NCBI GenBank assembly: GCA_043228905.1
Contig: JBHGNT010000009.1
Location: 12,834,001 to 12,898,000 of the forward strand
Direction of reading: 5' to 3'
From: Azolla caroliniana
Lineage: Eukaryota; Plantae; Polypodiophyta
Length of the DNA: 64,000 bases
Both the position numbers and the translations under genes were made by a program. The notes beneath the pieces were generated by a model that had not been told where the DNA came from, searched no databases, and saw only the letters and a list, made by a program, of their open reading frames with translations. This document shows, piece by piece, positions 46,249 to 58,944 of this stretch. Within the stretch, counting starts at the first letter, position 1. Each line of letters begins with the position of its first letter.

Positions 46249-48722
46249 TGTTACCCGACCGACAAAGGAGTTAAATACCAGAATGTGAAAGGGATTGTTA
46301 TTCAGAATCTATTTTAATTAAGTAGAATAGATTATAATTAAGTAGTGAACGGACGGACCGGAATCAGTATGCCGATCCGTTTCCGGACCGGTTCCGAACA
46401 GGTGCCGGTTGGCACCGTTTTGTACGCAGCACCGGTGACCTATATAAAGGCCCGGTTACAATGTAAAACTTTAACGGAGAATTAATATAAGCTTCTTGTT
46501 TTATCTTCACGTATTGATTACCGTTCTGTATTAATTGTTATATCTTACGCGTGTATTAAGTGAATGCCCTATTGCTAAGTAGCCAATTAAGTCGGATTAA
46601 TCATCGTGTCTTAAGTTATCTCGCCGTAACACCCCTTTGGTGAAGTGTCTTCCGTAGACAACCTGTGTTAGGCCATTGTCCAACCCTAAGGATTAACATA
46701 GTTTTTGGTGACCACGATTCCTGCACAATCGCAGCGAACAGCGGCGGGAATCGATGACGCGACCAACGAACGACCTGGTTACGGAGCGAGCAAGGAGACT
46801 TGTTGAACCACTGAGGAAGCGAGAGGCTTTCCAGCAAACGGCAGAAGAAATCAGAGTGGATCGCTCATTTTCCAAGGTGATCCGGACAGTGGCCAAGGAG
46901 TCACTTTGATTATCACAAAACGACTACCCGGACGAAGAAAGCAGCCTAAGCAGCCTAAGCAGCCTCCGGGAAGCGGAATCCCTTCTCCAGGCATTGGTAG
47001 CGGGGGAAGGTGAATCCGAAGCATTTTTGGCATTTGAATCGGGTTTGGACAGGGAATACAGTGCACAGACGAACTATCGCAAGAGTAATGACACCCTAGA
47101 CGGACCAGAGGACGAGGAGTCGGATACCTTGCCGACACCGGAACCAGAATTGACAAGGATGGAACATCCGGCACCGGAGGTCGACCACACTCTGGAACCA
47201 GAAGTCGAGGAAGAGAGACCTCTGACACCGGAAGTTGAGGAGGAGAAGCCTCCTACACCGAAAGAGGAGCGCGAAAGACCTCCGACGGCGACAGAGGACC
47301 GAGAAAGACCTCTGATGCCGACAGAGGAGGAGGAACGACCACCGACACCACCAGCCCATGTACCGACACCAGACGACGATATGCCGTTCCAATATCCCAG
47401 ATATCGGGATGATCCGGATGCGGAAGCCCACGTCCATGCGTTTCAACGGACCTGGGAGGCAAACCATATGTCCCAACGCTTAAATGCAACCGAAGAGGAA
47501 CGTTCAAGAAGGGCAGAGTTCGGCATGACCTTGGAGGGACCGGCCGCCAGATGGCACCGAACACAAGATCCCAACACCATCCCCAGGTTTGAAACATTAA
47601 AGACAAAATATTTGCATTTCTTTCACAAGGAGATGGACCAACGGGAAATGGTAGGCTTATTTTACAGTATCCGGTAGGAACCAATGGAGAACATTCAATA
47701 GTTTGTCATCCGGTTCCAGCGGATCCACAGTCAGCTCAGCCGAACACCACCGAAGGAAGAAACAAAGGCCATATTCTTAGCAGCACTCTGGGAACCCTTA
47801 CGAACGGTGTGCACCGTCATTGATTTCCGCACCAACAGCATAGATCACGTGATCGACCAAGTTGGGGAAATGGAAAACTCAAGTTCATGGCTAACCATGG
47901 GCGTACTTCAGCGTGCACTACCGACAGATGAGGACCTCCGTTTCTAGCAAGCAGTTCAATGTACAACATGCCTAAATGCCGGACATTCGGCGCTGGAATG
48001 CACCATGCATTCCCAATGCTTGCTCTGGCACTCCAGAAGTCATACAATGGAACGGTGTGAGTATAACTTGTTAAATCAACAAGCACCACCGGTCTGGGAA
48101 ATTGAACCACGAAGCAACCAAGAGGAAGAAGAAGAACGCTGGTGGCGAGAGGAGCGCTATCGGCCGGCACAAGATGTCCAGTACCATGATTGAAGAGACG
48201 CTTATGACCGGTATGACAGACAGGATAGATATTGGGACTATAATGGACGGTATGAGAGATACAACCGGGATCACTCCCCTGGTTACAACCAACGACGGGA
48301 CGACTATGGCAAGTATGACGACCAACAACATCAAGGTTACCGAAACAAAAAGAATTTCAACAAGAAACGTCATTTCAACAAAAAGGGGGGTCATCCACGG
48401 GAACCGGAAAAGGGCGTTCCAAGCCGCCAACCAGACCAAAACCAAGCACTTACCACAGGACCTCCACCAAGCACACACGCCGAATCCAGCAACACTTGGA
48501 AGCCGTACTGCTATTATTGCCAGCAAGAAGGCCACTATAGTAATCAATGTCCGGCGAAGAGCTACGACAAGCGACCAATTGTAAACATGGTAGACGCGGA
48601 AGTCGCGGACATACAACAAGTCACTACAAGATCAAAAGGCAAAGCCTCGGAGTGGGAAACTCAAGAAGCCATCCGGAAGCAGGCAACCGAATGGGTGAAG
48701 AAGGAAAATGAGAGGAATGCGG

Positions 48723-51700
48723 TGTTGGGATTTCGGTCCCTTTCGGATGGGATGGTCGGATATCGGAGATGAATGCCGACAAGCCCGGTTTCGGTTTCGG
48801 ATCCGGATGACGAAGACCCCGGTTTCGGTACCGGATGACGAATGTACCCGGAGAGCGATCCGGATGCAGGGACATATCCGTGAATATGTTCGCTATGGGC
48901 CCCTGAGGCTACAGTTGTAAATAGCCCAAAGTCATATAAGTATAAATATGACTTAGGGCAAACAGTTTTGTAGTTGCTTCTCATTTTTCTGTTTTTCCAC
49001 TTTAGAGGAGTGAAGAGAGAGCAGCCGCGAGAGAGATAGAGCGCGAGAGAGGAAGAGGTAGACGCCTCTGTGTATTTCCGCCGCCTGTGGCGAGGACAGC
49101 GAGCTCAAGGTCGTTGCCTTGCAGCTCGCCATTGTATATTTCTCTGTGCATAGTTTGGTTTGGAGTCTCGCACTCCCGTGGTTTTTCCCGTATAGGGTTT
49201 TCCACGTTAATCCCTGTGTATCGTGTCTTTCTCTGTATTTCCTATTTTCTGCTGCATTGATCCGCGATTACTCGGTTGTGGCCGAGGGAAGAAGGTGAAT
49301 AGAAGGGCCTATTCCCAACAAACTGGTATCAGAGCGACTGTTGCAGAAAATGGAAGGCGGCGGCAGCGGGCAGCCGATGATGATGGTGCTGAATGCGCAG
49401 AATTACGCCGACTGGAAGATCAAGATGGAGGATCTTCTGATTGTTCGGGACCTGTACGAACCGATTGACAGGTCGGAAATTCCGAAAGGGGTACTTGAGT
49501 CGGAGTGGAAGCTCCTGAACCGGAAAGCCGTAGCGACGATCCGACAATATGTCGATGTAAGCGTCCTACAACATGTGGCGAACGACACCAACGCATATGA
49601 GATGTGGAAGAATGCGTTGAACCGGACCTCCCTGATGAGGAAGATAGTGAATCTCAAGTACCGGGACGGCGAGAGTATGGTTGAACACGTAAGCACGTTC
49701 ATGGGATTCGTGAATCAGCTTGCGGCGATCAAGTTCCCGTTGGAGGATGCAATGCAAGCCATCATCCTGATGTGTACATTGCCGGAAAGCTGGGAGAACT
49801 TGGTGGTGACTCTCAGCACCTCGTGCACCGAAGATAACTTGTCCTTACAAACGGTAAAGACAAGTATTCTGAATGAAGAAGCGCGTCGGAGAGATAAGGA
49901 ACCGGCCTCCGACCCGAAGATGCTGTTTACCGAATCGGATCGGGGAAGACAATGGAACCGGAGTCCGCAAAGACGGGAGAAGTCGGGGACCCGGTCGCAG
50001 TCAAGAGGAAGGCCCACATGCTTCCACTGTGGGAAGCCGGGGCACTTCCGAAAGAATTGTCGGCATTACCGAAAAGACAATGGAACCGACAACACCGATT
50101 CGAAGAAGTCACCGGAGAGAAACGGTGCATACCGGGGAGCCACGGACCGGAATGGTTCGGATCGGCGAGGACAGGACCGGAAAGGAACGACGGCACTCGC
50201 GGCAAGTGAAGAGGAGATCATGCTCATCACCGAAGAAGGTGAACTAAACATTGCCGGCGATGAGACGACCTGGGTGGTCGATTCCGGAGCATCGTTCCAC
50301 CTGACCCCGGAGAGAAGATACTTCTCATCCTACACAGCCGGTGAGCATGGCTGTGTTCGGATGGGAAATGAAGGTACGTGCCGGATTGCCGGCATCGGAG
50401 ACGTGTGGTTGACAACCCCGACCGGATGCAAAATGCTGCTGAAGGATGTCCGACACGTTCCGGAGGTTCGATTGAACCTGATTTCGGCCGGGAGGCTAGA
50501 CGATGAAGGCTACACAGGTAGCATCCGGAACGGCGTAATGAAGTTCAGCAAGGGGAGCCTGATAGTGGCTCGGGCCCGGAAAGTCAACACACTGTACCTG
50601 ATGAATGCCCGGTTATGTCCGGAAGAGTTGAATGTGGCAGCCGACACTGCCGGTGAGCTGTGGCACAAAAGACTGTGCCACATGAGTGAGAAGGGGATGA
50701 AGAGGCTTGCAGAAGACAACCTCATCCCAGTGAAGCATGTGCACCTGGAGAAGTGCACCGATTGCCTGGCCGGTAAGCAGAACCGAACCTCCTTCCACTC
50801 AAGGCCACCGACGAGACGTAGCGCACCATTGGAGTTGGTGCACACTGACGTGTGTCAGGTAGAGACGAAGTCACATGGTGGAGCCCAGTACTTCGTAACA
50901 TTCATTGATGATCACAGCCGGAAGCTGTGGACGGCACCATTGAAGACAAAGGACCAAGTGTTGTGCGTCTTCAAAGAACTCCACGCGAGAGTGGAAAGGG
51001 AATCCGGCAAGAAGCTGAAAGCGATACGAGCGGATAACGGAGGGGAATACCGGGGGCAGTTCCAGGAGTACTGTCGCTCGAAGGGAATCCGGCTCGAGTT
51101 TACTGTGCCGAAGACGCCGGAACTGAACGGGCTGGCCGAGAGGATGAACCGGACCATAATGGAGAGGGTTCGGAGTATGCTGGCGCATGCGAAATTACCC
51201 AAGGGGTTTTGGGCTGAGGCAATGTCGACGGCGACATATGTGATAAACCGATCACCCTCAGTACCTTTGGACGGAGACACGCCGCAGAAAGTGTGGACCG
51301 GTAAGGAAGTGTCCTACCGGCATCTGAAGGTGTTCGGGTGTCTCGCATACGTGCATGTGGCAAAGGACCGGAGAGGAAAGCTAGATCCAAAGACCCGGCC
51401 ATGCATATTCCTCGGTTACGGCGACGACGAGTTCGGCTACCGAGTATGGGACCCGGTCGACAAGAAGATATTCAGGAGTCGAGACATCATCTTCATGGAG
51501 GACAAGACACTCGCCGACTGGGAGTCGGAGAAGAAGGTAAAGAGCTCCAAGTCGACCGGTGAGGATCAACTCTACAAGGAGCAGTCCCGACCGGCAAGGG
51601 ACCGGTTAGCACTCGAGGATCCGGCCGAAGACGGTGAAGAAACCGAACCGGCCGAAGAAGACGAAAATGATACCGGAACCGGCCCCGATCCCGAAATGGA

Positions 51701-54004
51701 TTCGGATGAAGAAGAATCGGAAGAACTGGTTACCGAAGCTCCGAAACGGAGATACCCTCAAAGAGAGAGAAGGGCCCCCCGGAGATTTCCGGAACCAGAG
51801 CACGTGTTGCTAACCGACGAGGGGGAGCCGGAGAGCTTTGAAGAAGCAAAGCACGACACCCAGAGCCGCAGGTGGTTGAGTGCCATGCAGGACGAGATGG
51901 ATTCCCTGCATGAGAACCACACATATGAACTTGTGGAGTTGCCGAAAGGAAAGCGGGCACTTCGAAACAAGTGGGTGTTCAAGCTGAAACCGGGAGATGC
52001 CGGAAACCCCCCGAGATACAAAGCCAGGATCGTGGTGAAGGGGTTTCAGCAGAAGAAGGGCGTCGACTTCGACGAGATATTTGCCCCGGTAGTGAAGATG
52101 ACCTCCATCCGGACGGTGCTGAGCATAGCGGCAAGCATGGACCTCGAGGTAGAACAGATGGACGTGAAGACGGCATTCCTTCACGGTGACCTCGATGAAG
52201 AGATCTACATGCAGCAACCGGAAGGATTCGAGAAGAAAGGGAAGGAGCACCTGGTATGCCGGTTGAAGAAGAGCCTTTACGGACTGAAGCAGGCTCCCCG
52301 GCAATGGTACCGGAAATTCGACTCCTTCATGACCGACGAAGGGTACCTCAAAACGCAGTCCGACCACTGCGTGTTTGTGAAGAAGTTCGAAGGAGGAGAC
52401 TTCCTAATACTCCTCCTGTACGTGGACGACATGTTGATCGTCGGACGGGACCAGGTCAAGATACGGATGCTGAAGAAGGCTCTTCACCGAACCTTCTCAA
52501 TGAAGGACTTGGGTCCGGCGAGGCAAATACTAGGGATGCACATCATCCGGGACCGGAAGAAGAAGCAGTTGTGGCTGTCACAGGAGAAGTACGTGACGAA
52601 GGTGCTTCACCGGTTCAACATGTCGGAAGCAAGACCGGTCGGATCGACCCTCCCGACAAACTGCAAGCTGTCCAGCAAGCAAAGTCCCAAGACAAAGGCT
52701 GAAAAGGAGGATATGATGAAAGTGTCGTATGCCTCAGCCGTCGGGAGCTTGATGTACGCCATGGTGTGTATGAGACCGGACATCAGATATGCAGTCGGAG
52801 TGGTGAGCCGGTACATGAGCAATCCCGGCAAAGAGCATTGGAACGCGGCCAAGTGGATACTCCGATACCTGAAGGGCACGGCAAACGTGTGCCTCCGATT
52901 CGGCTCCGGAAAGCCCGAACTCGACGGCTTTACCGATTCGGATATGTCGGCTGATGCAGATACCAGCCGGTCCACGTCAGGGTATGTGATGACGTATGCA
53001 GGGGGAGCTGTTTCATGGCAGTCGAGGCTGCAGAAGACGGTTGCGCTGTCAACCACGGAGGCGGAGTACATGGCGGCTGTTGAAGCCGGCAAGGAAATAA
53101 TATGGATGAAGGACTTCATTAGAGAGCTCGGTATCCGGCAGGAGGAGTACCGACTCTACTGCGACAGTCAGAGTGCAATCCACCTTGCAAAGAACGCGGC
53201 CTATCACTCCCGGACGAAGCACATCCAGCGAAGATATCACTGGATCCGGGAAAGGATAGAAGACAAGGAGTTCGTGCTGACGAAGATCCACACGGACGAG
53301 AACGGGTCGGATATGCTGACCAAGGTGCTCACACCCGACAAGCTGGAAGCATGCCGGAAGAGGATCGGATTGGAGAGACATCCCATGCCGAAGTGAAGGG
53401 GGAGTTTGTTGGGATTTCGGTCCCTTTCGGATGGGATGGTCGGATATCGGAGATGAATGCCGACAAGCCCGGTTTCGGTTTCGGATCCGGATGACGAAGA
53501 CCCCGGTTTCGGTTCCGGATGACGAATGTACTCGGAGAGCGATCCGGATGCAGGGACATATCCGTGAATATGTTCGCTATGGGCCCCTGAGGCTACAGTT
53601 GTAAATAGCCCAAAGTCATATAAGTATAAATATGACTTAGGGCAAACAGTTTTGTAGTTGCTTCTCATTTTTCTGTTTTTCCACTTTAGAGGAGTGAAGA
53701 GAGAGCAGCCGCGAGAGAGATAGAGCGCGAGAGAGGAAGAGGTAGACGCCTCTGTGTATTTCCGCCGCCTGTGGCGAGGACAGCGAGCTCAAGGTCGTTG
53801 CCTTGCAGCTCGCCATTGTATATTTCTCTGTGCATAGTTTGGTTTGGAGTCTCGCACTCCCGTGGTTTTTCCCGTATAGGGTTTTCCACGTTAATCCCTG
53901 TGTATCGTGTCTTTCTCTGTATTTCCTATTTTCTGCTGCATTGATCCGCGATTACTCGGTTGTGGCCGAGGGAAGAAGGTGAATAGAAGGGCCTATTCCC
54001 AACA
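48723..54004 (+). mobile_element. Young, nearly intact Ty1/copia element (copia-C, Tnt1/Tork-like), TSD TGCGG
   Basis: 598-bp LTRs 48723-49320 and 53407-54004 with only two mismatches seen by eye. PBS at 49324-49335. PPT GAAGGGGGAG. TGCGG on both sides. Confidence 0.97.
49350..53396 (+). CDS. copia-C Gag-Pol polyprotein, uninterrupted
   Basis: Single ORF with CFHCGKPGHFRKNC, WVVDSGASFH, LELVHTDV..ELNGLAERMNRT, QMDVKTAFLHG..LYVDDML and RNase H. Confidence 0.97.
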   Translation: MEGGGSGQPMMMVLNAQNYADWKIKMEDLLIVRDLYEPIDRSEIPKGVLESEWKLLNRKAVATIRQYVDVSVLQHVANDTNAYEMWKNALNRTSLMRKIVNLKYRDGESMVEHVSTFMGFVNQLAAIKFPLEDAMQAIILMCTLPESWENLVVTLSTSCTEDNLSLQTVKTSILNEEARRRDKEPASDPKMLFTESDRGRQWNRSPQRREKSGTRSQSRGRPTCFHCGKPGHFRKNCRHYRKDNGTDNTDSKKSPERNGAYRGATDRNGSDRRGQDRKGTTALAASEEEIMLITEEGELNIAGDETTWVVDSGASFHLTPERRYFSSYTAGEHGCVRMGNEGTCRIAGIGDVWLTTPTGCKMLLKDVRHVPEVRLNLISAGRLDDEGYTGSIRNGVMKFSKGSLIVARARKVNTLYLMNARLCPEELNVAADTAGELWHKRLCHMSEKGMKRLAEDNLIPVKHVHLEKCTDCLAGKQNRTSFHSRPPTRRSAPLELVHTDVCQVETKSHGGAQYFVTFIDDHSRKLWTAPLKTKDQVLCVFKELHARVERESGKKLKAIRADNGGEYRGQFQEYCRSKGIRLEFTVPKTPELNGLAERMNRTIMERVRSMLAHAKLPKGFWAEAMSTATYVINRSPSVPLDGDTPQKVWTGKEVSYRHLKVFGCLAYVHVAKDRRGKLDPKTRPCIFLGYGDDEFGYRVWDPVDKKIFRSRDIIFMEDKTLADWESEKKVKSSKSTGEDQLYKEQSRPARDRLALEDPAEDGEETEPAEEDENDTGTGPDPEMDSDEEESEELVTEAPKRRYPQRERRAPRRFPEPEHVLLTDEGEPESFEEAKHDTQSRRWLSAMQDEMDSLHENHTYELVELPKGKRALRNKWVFKLKPGDAGNPPRYKARIVVKGFQQKKGVDFDEIFAPVVKMTSIRTVLSIAASMDLEVEQMDVKTAFLHGDLDEEIYMQQPEGFEKKGKEHLVCRLKKSLYGLKQAPRQWYRKFDSFMTDEGYLKTQSDHCVFVKKFEGGDFLILLLYVDDMLIVGRDQVKIRMLKKALHRTFSMKDLGPARQILGMHIIRDRKKKQLWLSQEKYVTKVLHRFNMSEARPVGSTLPTNCKLSSKQSPKTKAEKEDMMKVSYASAVGSLMYAMVCMRPDIRYAVGVVSRYMSNPGKEHWNAAKWILRYLKGTANVCLRFGSGKPELDGFTDSDMSADADTSRSTSGYVMTYAGGAVSWQSRLQKTVALSTTEAEYMAAVEAGKEIIWMKDFIRELGIRQEEYRLYCDSQSAIHLAKNAAYHSRTKHIQRRYHWIRERIEDKEFVLTKIHTDENGSDMLTKVLTPDKLEACRKRIGLERHPMPK

Positions 54005-57000
54005 TGCGGTAGAGCTCGAATAACAAAAGGAGAATGCTGAAGAGCTTACCGGCCCAGGGCAGCCCGAAAACCCAACATGGCAGGCGTTACAAGACTGCCA
54101 AATAACGCTGCCATTAGGCCGGCTATTGCAACTGGTACCACGCTTCACAGAAGGACTGAAGACAGGAAGGACGACAGTTGACACACCACCGGCTCGGGCA
54201 TTCTTTTCAAATCCGGAGGAAGAACCGGCAGTGGTGGACACTAGCAGTCTGGCAATCACAACCATCGTGAAAGGAAATGAGCTACCATGCACGATTATCG
54301 ATGGAGGATCCGGTGTGAACGTGATCAGCCTTCGATCGTGTAACATTCTAGGTATCCATGACTGGGAACCGTGCCCATTTTGGCTTCGGATGGCAGACAC
54401 AAGCTCAGTATGGCCGATCGGGTTAATACGTGATCTGGAAGTGACCATCGGGGGTCACACATTTCGCATTTCCGCAGTAGTTCTCTAGCTACAGGGTCAG
54501 GTAGCTTACCCACTATTGTTGGGACGCCCTTGGTTAAAAACAACACACATCAAGCAAAACTGGAGGAAGAATATAATTACGTTCCGGCGTGGAAAAGCGA
54601 AAGTACGAGTACCGACTCAAACACGGTCCGGTACCGGAAAGGAATCGACGCCGCTATATGCGGAATGTGTCAACATGAAGAGGTCAATCAATACTTATAG
54701 GAAAATCCGAAGATCGTACCTCTGTTCGAGATTGATGTAGCCGGAGCAGTATCATCGTACATACTGCAACCGGACGGGACCGACGAGGAACCGGATAAGG
54801 AAGCAATTCGGGAATTACGGCAAGCACAGGAGGCACTGGAAAGAGAAATGGCAGTGTTGCAGCACGTGAAAGCATCCCAACTAGAAGAGGTGAACCTAGG
54901 TACCACAGAGGACACAAGACCGTTGCACATCTCCAAGGAAATGACCCCAGAGAACAAAACGGCAATGATCACACTCCTAAAAGAATTTCGCGATGTGTTC
55001 GCCTGCTCCTACGAGGACATGCGGGGACTCGATCCTCAGTTGTATCAACACCAGATACATCTGAGTAAAGATACCAAACCGGTAGCGCAACGACGTTACT
55101 GGATGAACCCAAATTACGCAGCAAAAGTCAAAGAAGAAATCGACAAGTTGCTAAGAGTGGGCTTCATCCGACCGGTAAAGAAAGCCACATGGCTCAGCCT
55201 GATAGTCGTAGTACCCAAAAAGAACGGTAAGATAAGAGTGTGCGTCGACTACCGGAAATTGAATGCGGCTATGGTAACGAACGCCTTCCCACTTCCATTC
55301 ACGGATGGAGTCCTGGATGTGGTCGCCGGTCATGAGGTGTACAGTTTTTTGGACGGTTTCAACGGCTATAATCAGATCCGGATGCACCTTGCCAACCAAG
55401 AGATAACCGCTTTTGTCACCGAATGAGGAGTCTTTGTTGTCGTAGTGATGATGTTCGGACTAAAAACGGCGCCGACAACCTTCCAGCGGATCATCATGGA
55501 GATTTTCGGAGAATTCATTCCGGCGTTCATGCAGGTGTTCTTGGACGACTTTGCTGTTTATAGCCGGGAAGGGGATCACCTTCAGTACCTCCGACTATGT
55601 CTGGAGAAATGTAGGGTTTACCGACTAAGCCTGAACTCGGCAAAATGCGTGTTGGGAGTAACCAGCGGAGCGTTACTGGGCCACAAAGTGAGCAAGGACG
55701 GTATCGCAGTGAATCCAGACAAAGTAAAAGCAATCCTGGAGGCACCGGCACCAGCCATGGCAAAGGTACTAAGCCGGTTCTTAGGACAAATTCGGGGGCA
55801 TAGTCGAATGCTCCGGTATCTAGCAGACCTGGCTACACTATTGAATGCCGCGGTACATTGGACACCATTCCGATGGACGGACACAGAAGACCAGGCTTAC
55901 CGGGCACTAAAAGTACTGTTGCCACAAGCGCCGGTGGTGTAACCTCCGGATTGGTCTAAAGAGTTCCATGTGTTCGTTGACGCGTCCGACATCGCAATCT
56001 GGAGCGCGCTGATGCAACTGACAGAACCAAAATGGTACCAACCAGTGTATTATGCCAGCCAGAAGCTGTCCCAAGCGGAACATAATTATTCCACAACGGA
56101 AAGAGAGGCCTTGGGTATGATGTATAGTGTCACCAAGTTTAGACACTATCTGCTAGGAAGGAAATTTTCCTTTCACGTAGATCATTTGGCGCTCCTTTAC
56201 TTGGTGTCCAAAGCATCACTCACCGGTAAGCTGGCCCGATGGACGTTACTATTACAAGAATTTGACTTCGAGATATTCCACCGACCCAGCATACAACATG
56301 CGGTAGCAGATTATTTGAGCCGGTTAGATTCCGGCGAAATCGGTGACGGCGTCCGAGATGACTTTCCGGATGCAGAGCTGTTTAGAGTTACAGCAGAAAC
56401 TGCAATGTATGGTACGGTCGCAGAGGAAGACAAGTGGCTCACCAACATGCACCAATTTCTGAGCACCGGCTTACCTCCAGAGGAGATGAACAGAGACGAA
56501 AGGAAACGCTTAGCGGTTCAAAGCGGCACTTTTGTCTATTACAGGACATATTGTACCACAAAGACGCAGATGGCATATGACGGCGTGCAGTGTGCAATGA
56601 CGAAAAGGAAATAATATTGCGCGAAGCACACTACGGCGTGGTTGGAGGACATTATGCCGGAGACGCTACGACAAGGAAAATATGGCAGAGTGGACTATGG
56701 TGGCCGACGACATTGAAGGACGCAGTCCGGTACGCTAAAGAATGCGACCTATGTCAGCGAATGGGCCAACCAACCGAACAAGCCAGGATGCCTCACCAGC
56801 CCGTGCTACCATTAGAACCATTTCAGAAATGGGGGCTGGATTTTGTCGGTCCATTCAAACCACCGACAATGAGAACCGGCAACCAGTACGTGATTGTCAC
56901 TACGGATTACTACACAAAATGGGTGGAAGCCAAAGTAGTACGCAACAACACCGCAGCATCCACGGCAAAATTTTTATATGAATGCATTTGGTGCCGGTAT

Positions 57001-57582
57001 GGACGTCTGATAGAGCTCATAAGTGACCAAGGTGGGCACTTCTTAGGGCAAGTAGTGGAAAGTTTGACGACGTTTTATGCGGTGGTGCACAAACGGAGCA
57101 CTCCCTATTATCCGCAAGCCAATGGATTAGCTGAGTCAACAAATAAAACACTACAGAACATCCTGTGAAAAATTGTCAATGAGATCTGGACGGATTGGGA
57201 TACAAAGCTGCACAGTGCACTTTGGGCCTACCGAACGGCATATAAGACAAGTATCCGCACAACACTGTTTCGCCTAGCATTCGGATTGGAAGCAGTGATG
57301 CCGGTAGAGTTCCAGGTACCGAGTTTACGAATACAGATTCGGGAATGCCTAAATGAGAAGGTATCGGAACCTATTCGGTTAACCGCGCTGTGCGAATTGG
57401 AAGAACATCGGCTAGCCAGGATCATACACCTAGAACTAGAGTAGCGGCGAAGGAAAGCGTTCGTGGATCGTCACTGAAAAGGGAACGAAAAGATGTTCGA
57501 AATCGGTAAGCTGGTACTAGTATTCCAAACCCGGATGGGTAAGATGCCGGGGAAGCTACGGTTTTGGTGGACCGGACCATAC

Positions 57583-58247
57583 TGTTGGGAGACAGGTCCC
57601 TCCGGATGGGAAGGGAGAAACCGGATGAGGAGTACCCGGTTACGGAGAGCCAGATGGTACAGACCCGGTTAGAACCGGATGAGGAGTACCCGGCTACAGA
57701 GAGCCGGATGGTACAGACCAGGTGAGAACCGGATGAGGAGTACCCGGCTACGGAGGACCGGATGATGCAGACCCAGTGAGGAGTGCTCTTCGGATGAAGA
57801 GACATATTCGTAAATATGTCTCTTGGAGTCCATCGTGGCTATATTTGTAAATAGCCGAAAAGTCATATTAGTATAAATATGACTTAGGGCAAACCTTTTG
57901 ATATAGTTGTTGTTATTGTTGTTTGCGTGAGATCAGAGCGCGTAACTGTGTACAGAGAGAGCAAGAGAGAGAGGAAGAGGTCGTTGCCTCAGTTGTAACC
58001 GCTGCCTGTGGCGAGAATCGTGAGCACGAGGTCGTTGCCTCCGTGAACTCACTGTTGTACATTCTAGCATAGTGATAGTTTGCAGTCTGTGGGCTGCCGT
58101 GGTTTTTCCCTTAGTTTGGGTTTTCCACGTAAACATCCTGCGTACTCGTCTCTTCTTCGTTTCGTTCATTATTTCCCGTTTTTTGTGTATGATTCTAAGC
58201 TCGGTTGTGGCCGAGCGCTGCGCATAAGGAACGAGTAGTTCTTGTCA
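57583..58247 (+). repeat. Solo LTR, TSD CATAC, in the integrase tail of element D
   Basis: CATAC at 57578-57582 and 58248-58252. Same family as 28567-29231. Confidence 0.93.
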
Positions 58248-58944
58248 CATACTGGATTACACGTGAGTTCAATGGTTCCTACTAGTTAGGGACACTCGCC
58301 GGTGAGGTTCTGGGTAAATGGGTCAATGGGTTCCGACTCAAACCATACAATGGACTCATGCCAAGAAACCCATTTGAACAAGTAAAGGCCGACACAGAAC
58401 TAGACACCAGTAAGATGCAAGAAACGGCAACACGTTCAGCAATCGGCAAGCGCGAAGCCGGTAAGAGGGAGCACGAGCCAGCAAATGACGCCACGGCAAG
58501 CAGTCCAGCAGCCGGAAAGTCCCACAATCCGGATAGGGGTTCAGTGGGACCGGATGCGAATTAACCAAACCATTTTTACCAAAAAATAAAAATAAAAAAT
58601 CAAATCAAATCAAATCATGCAAGGGCGAGGGGTGAACGGACACATGCAAGAACAAGGAGTGAACAAACACTTCGAAAAGGTACGTAGTGGGCTATTAATA
58701 GGATATTAAACTGCCACCACATGGCACGTCATTCTATTTTAGTACACGACGTGCACACGCGCAAGTCAGAAAAAAAAAGGCGGCAACATGCAACAAGAAA
58801 ACTCCCACCGCGTGGAAACCTTCACATTTCGCGAACAAAGGAGCACAAAGGAGCACAAGCAATCAAAGATCAGCAGACGCGAGCCCACACACAGAGCCTC
58901 CTGAAACACACCCCTCACCAGTGCTCACCGACCTCGAAGAAGCC

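Larger units (their letters stand above)
46994..58564 (+). pseudogene. gag-pol of element D, degenerate, interrupted by copia-C and a solo LTR
   Basis: Gag (FGMTLEGPAARW) with three Cys/His knuckles, protease IIDGGSGVNVI, RT (RVCVDYRKLN, FLDDF), RH (FVDASD, YSTTEREALG), INT (H..GHY, WGLDFVGP, YYPQANGLAE). Confidence 0.92.
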
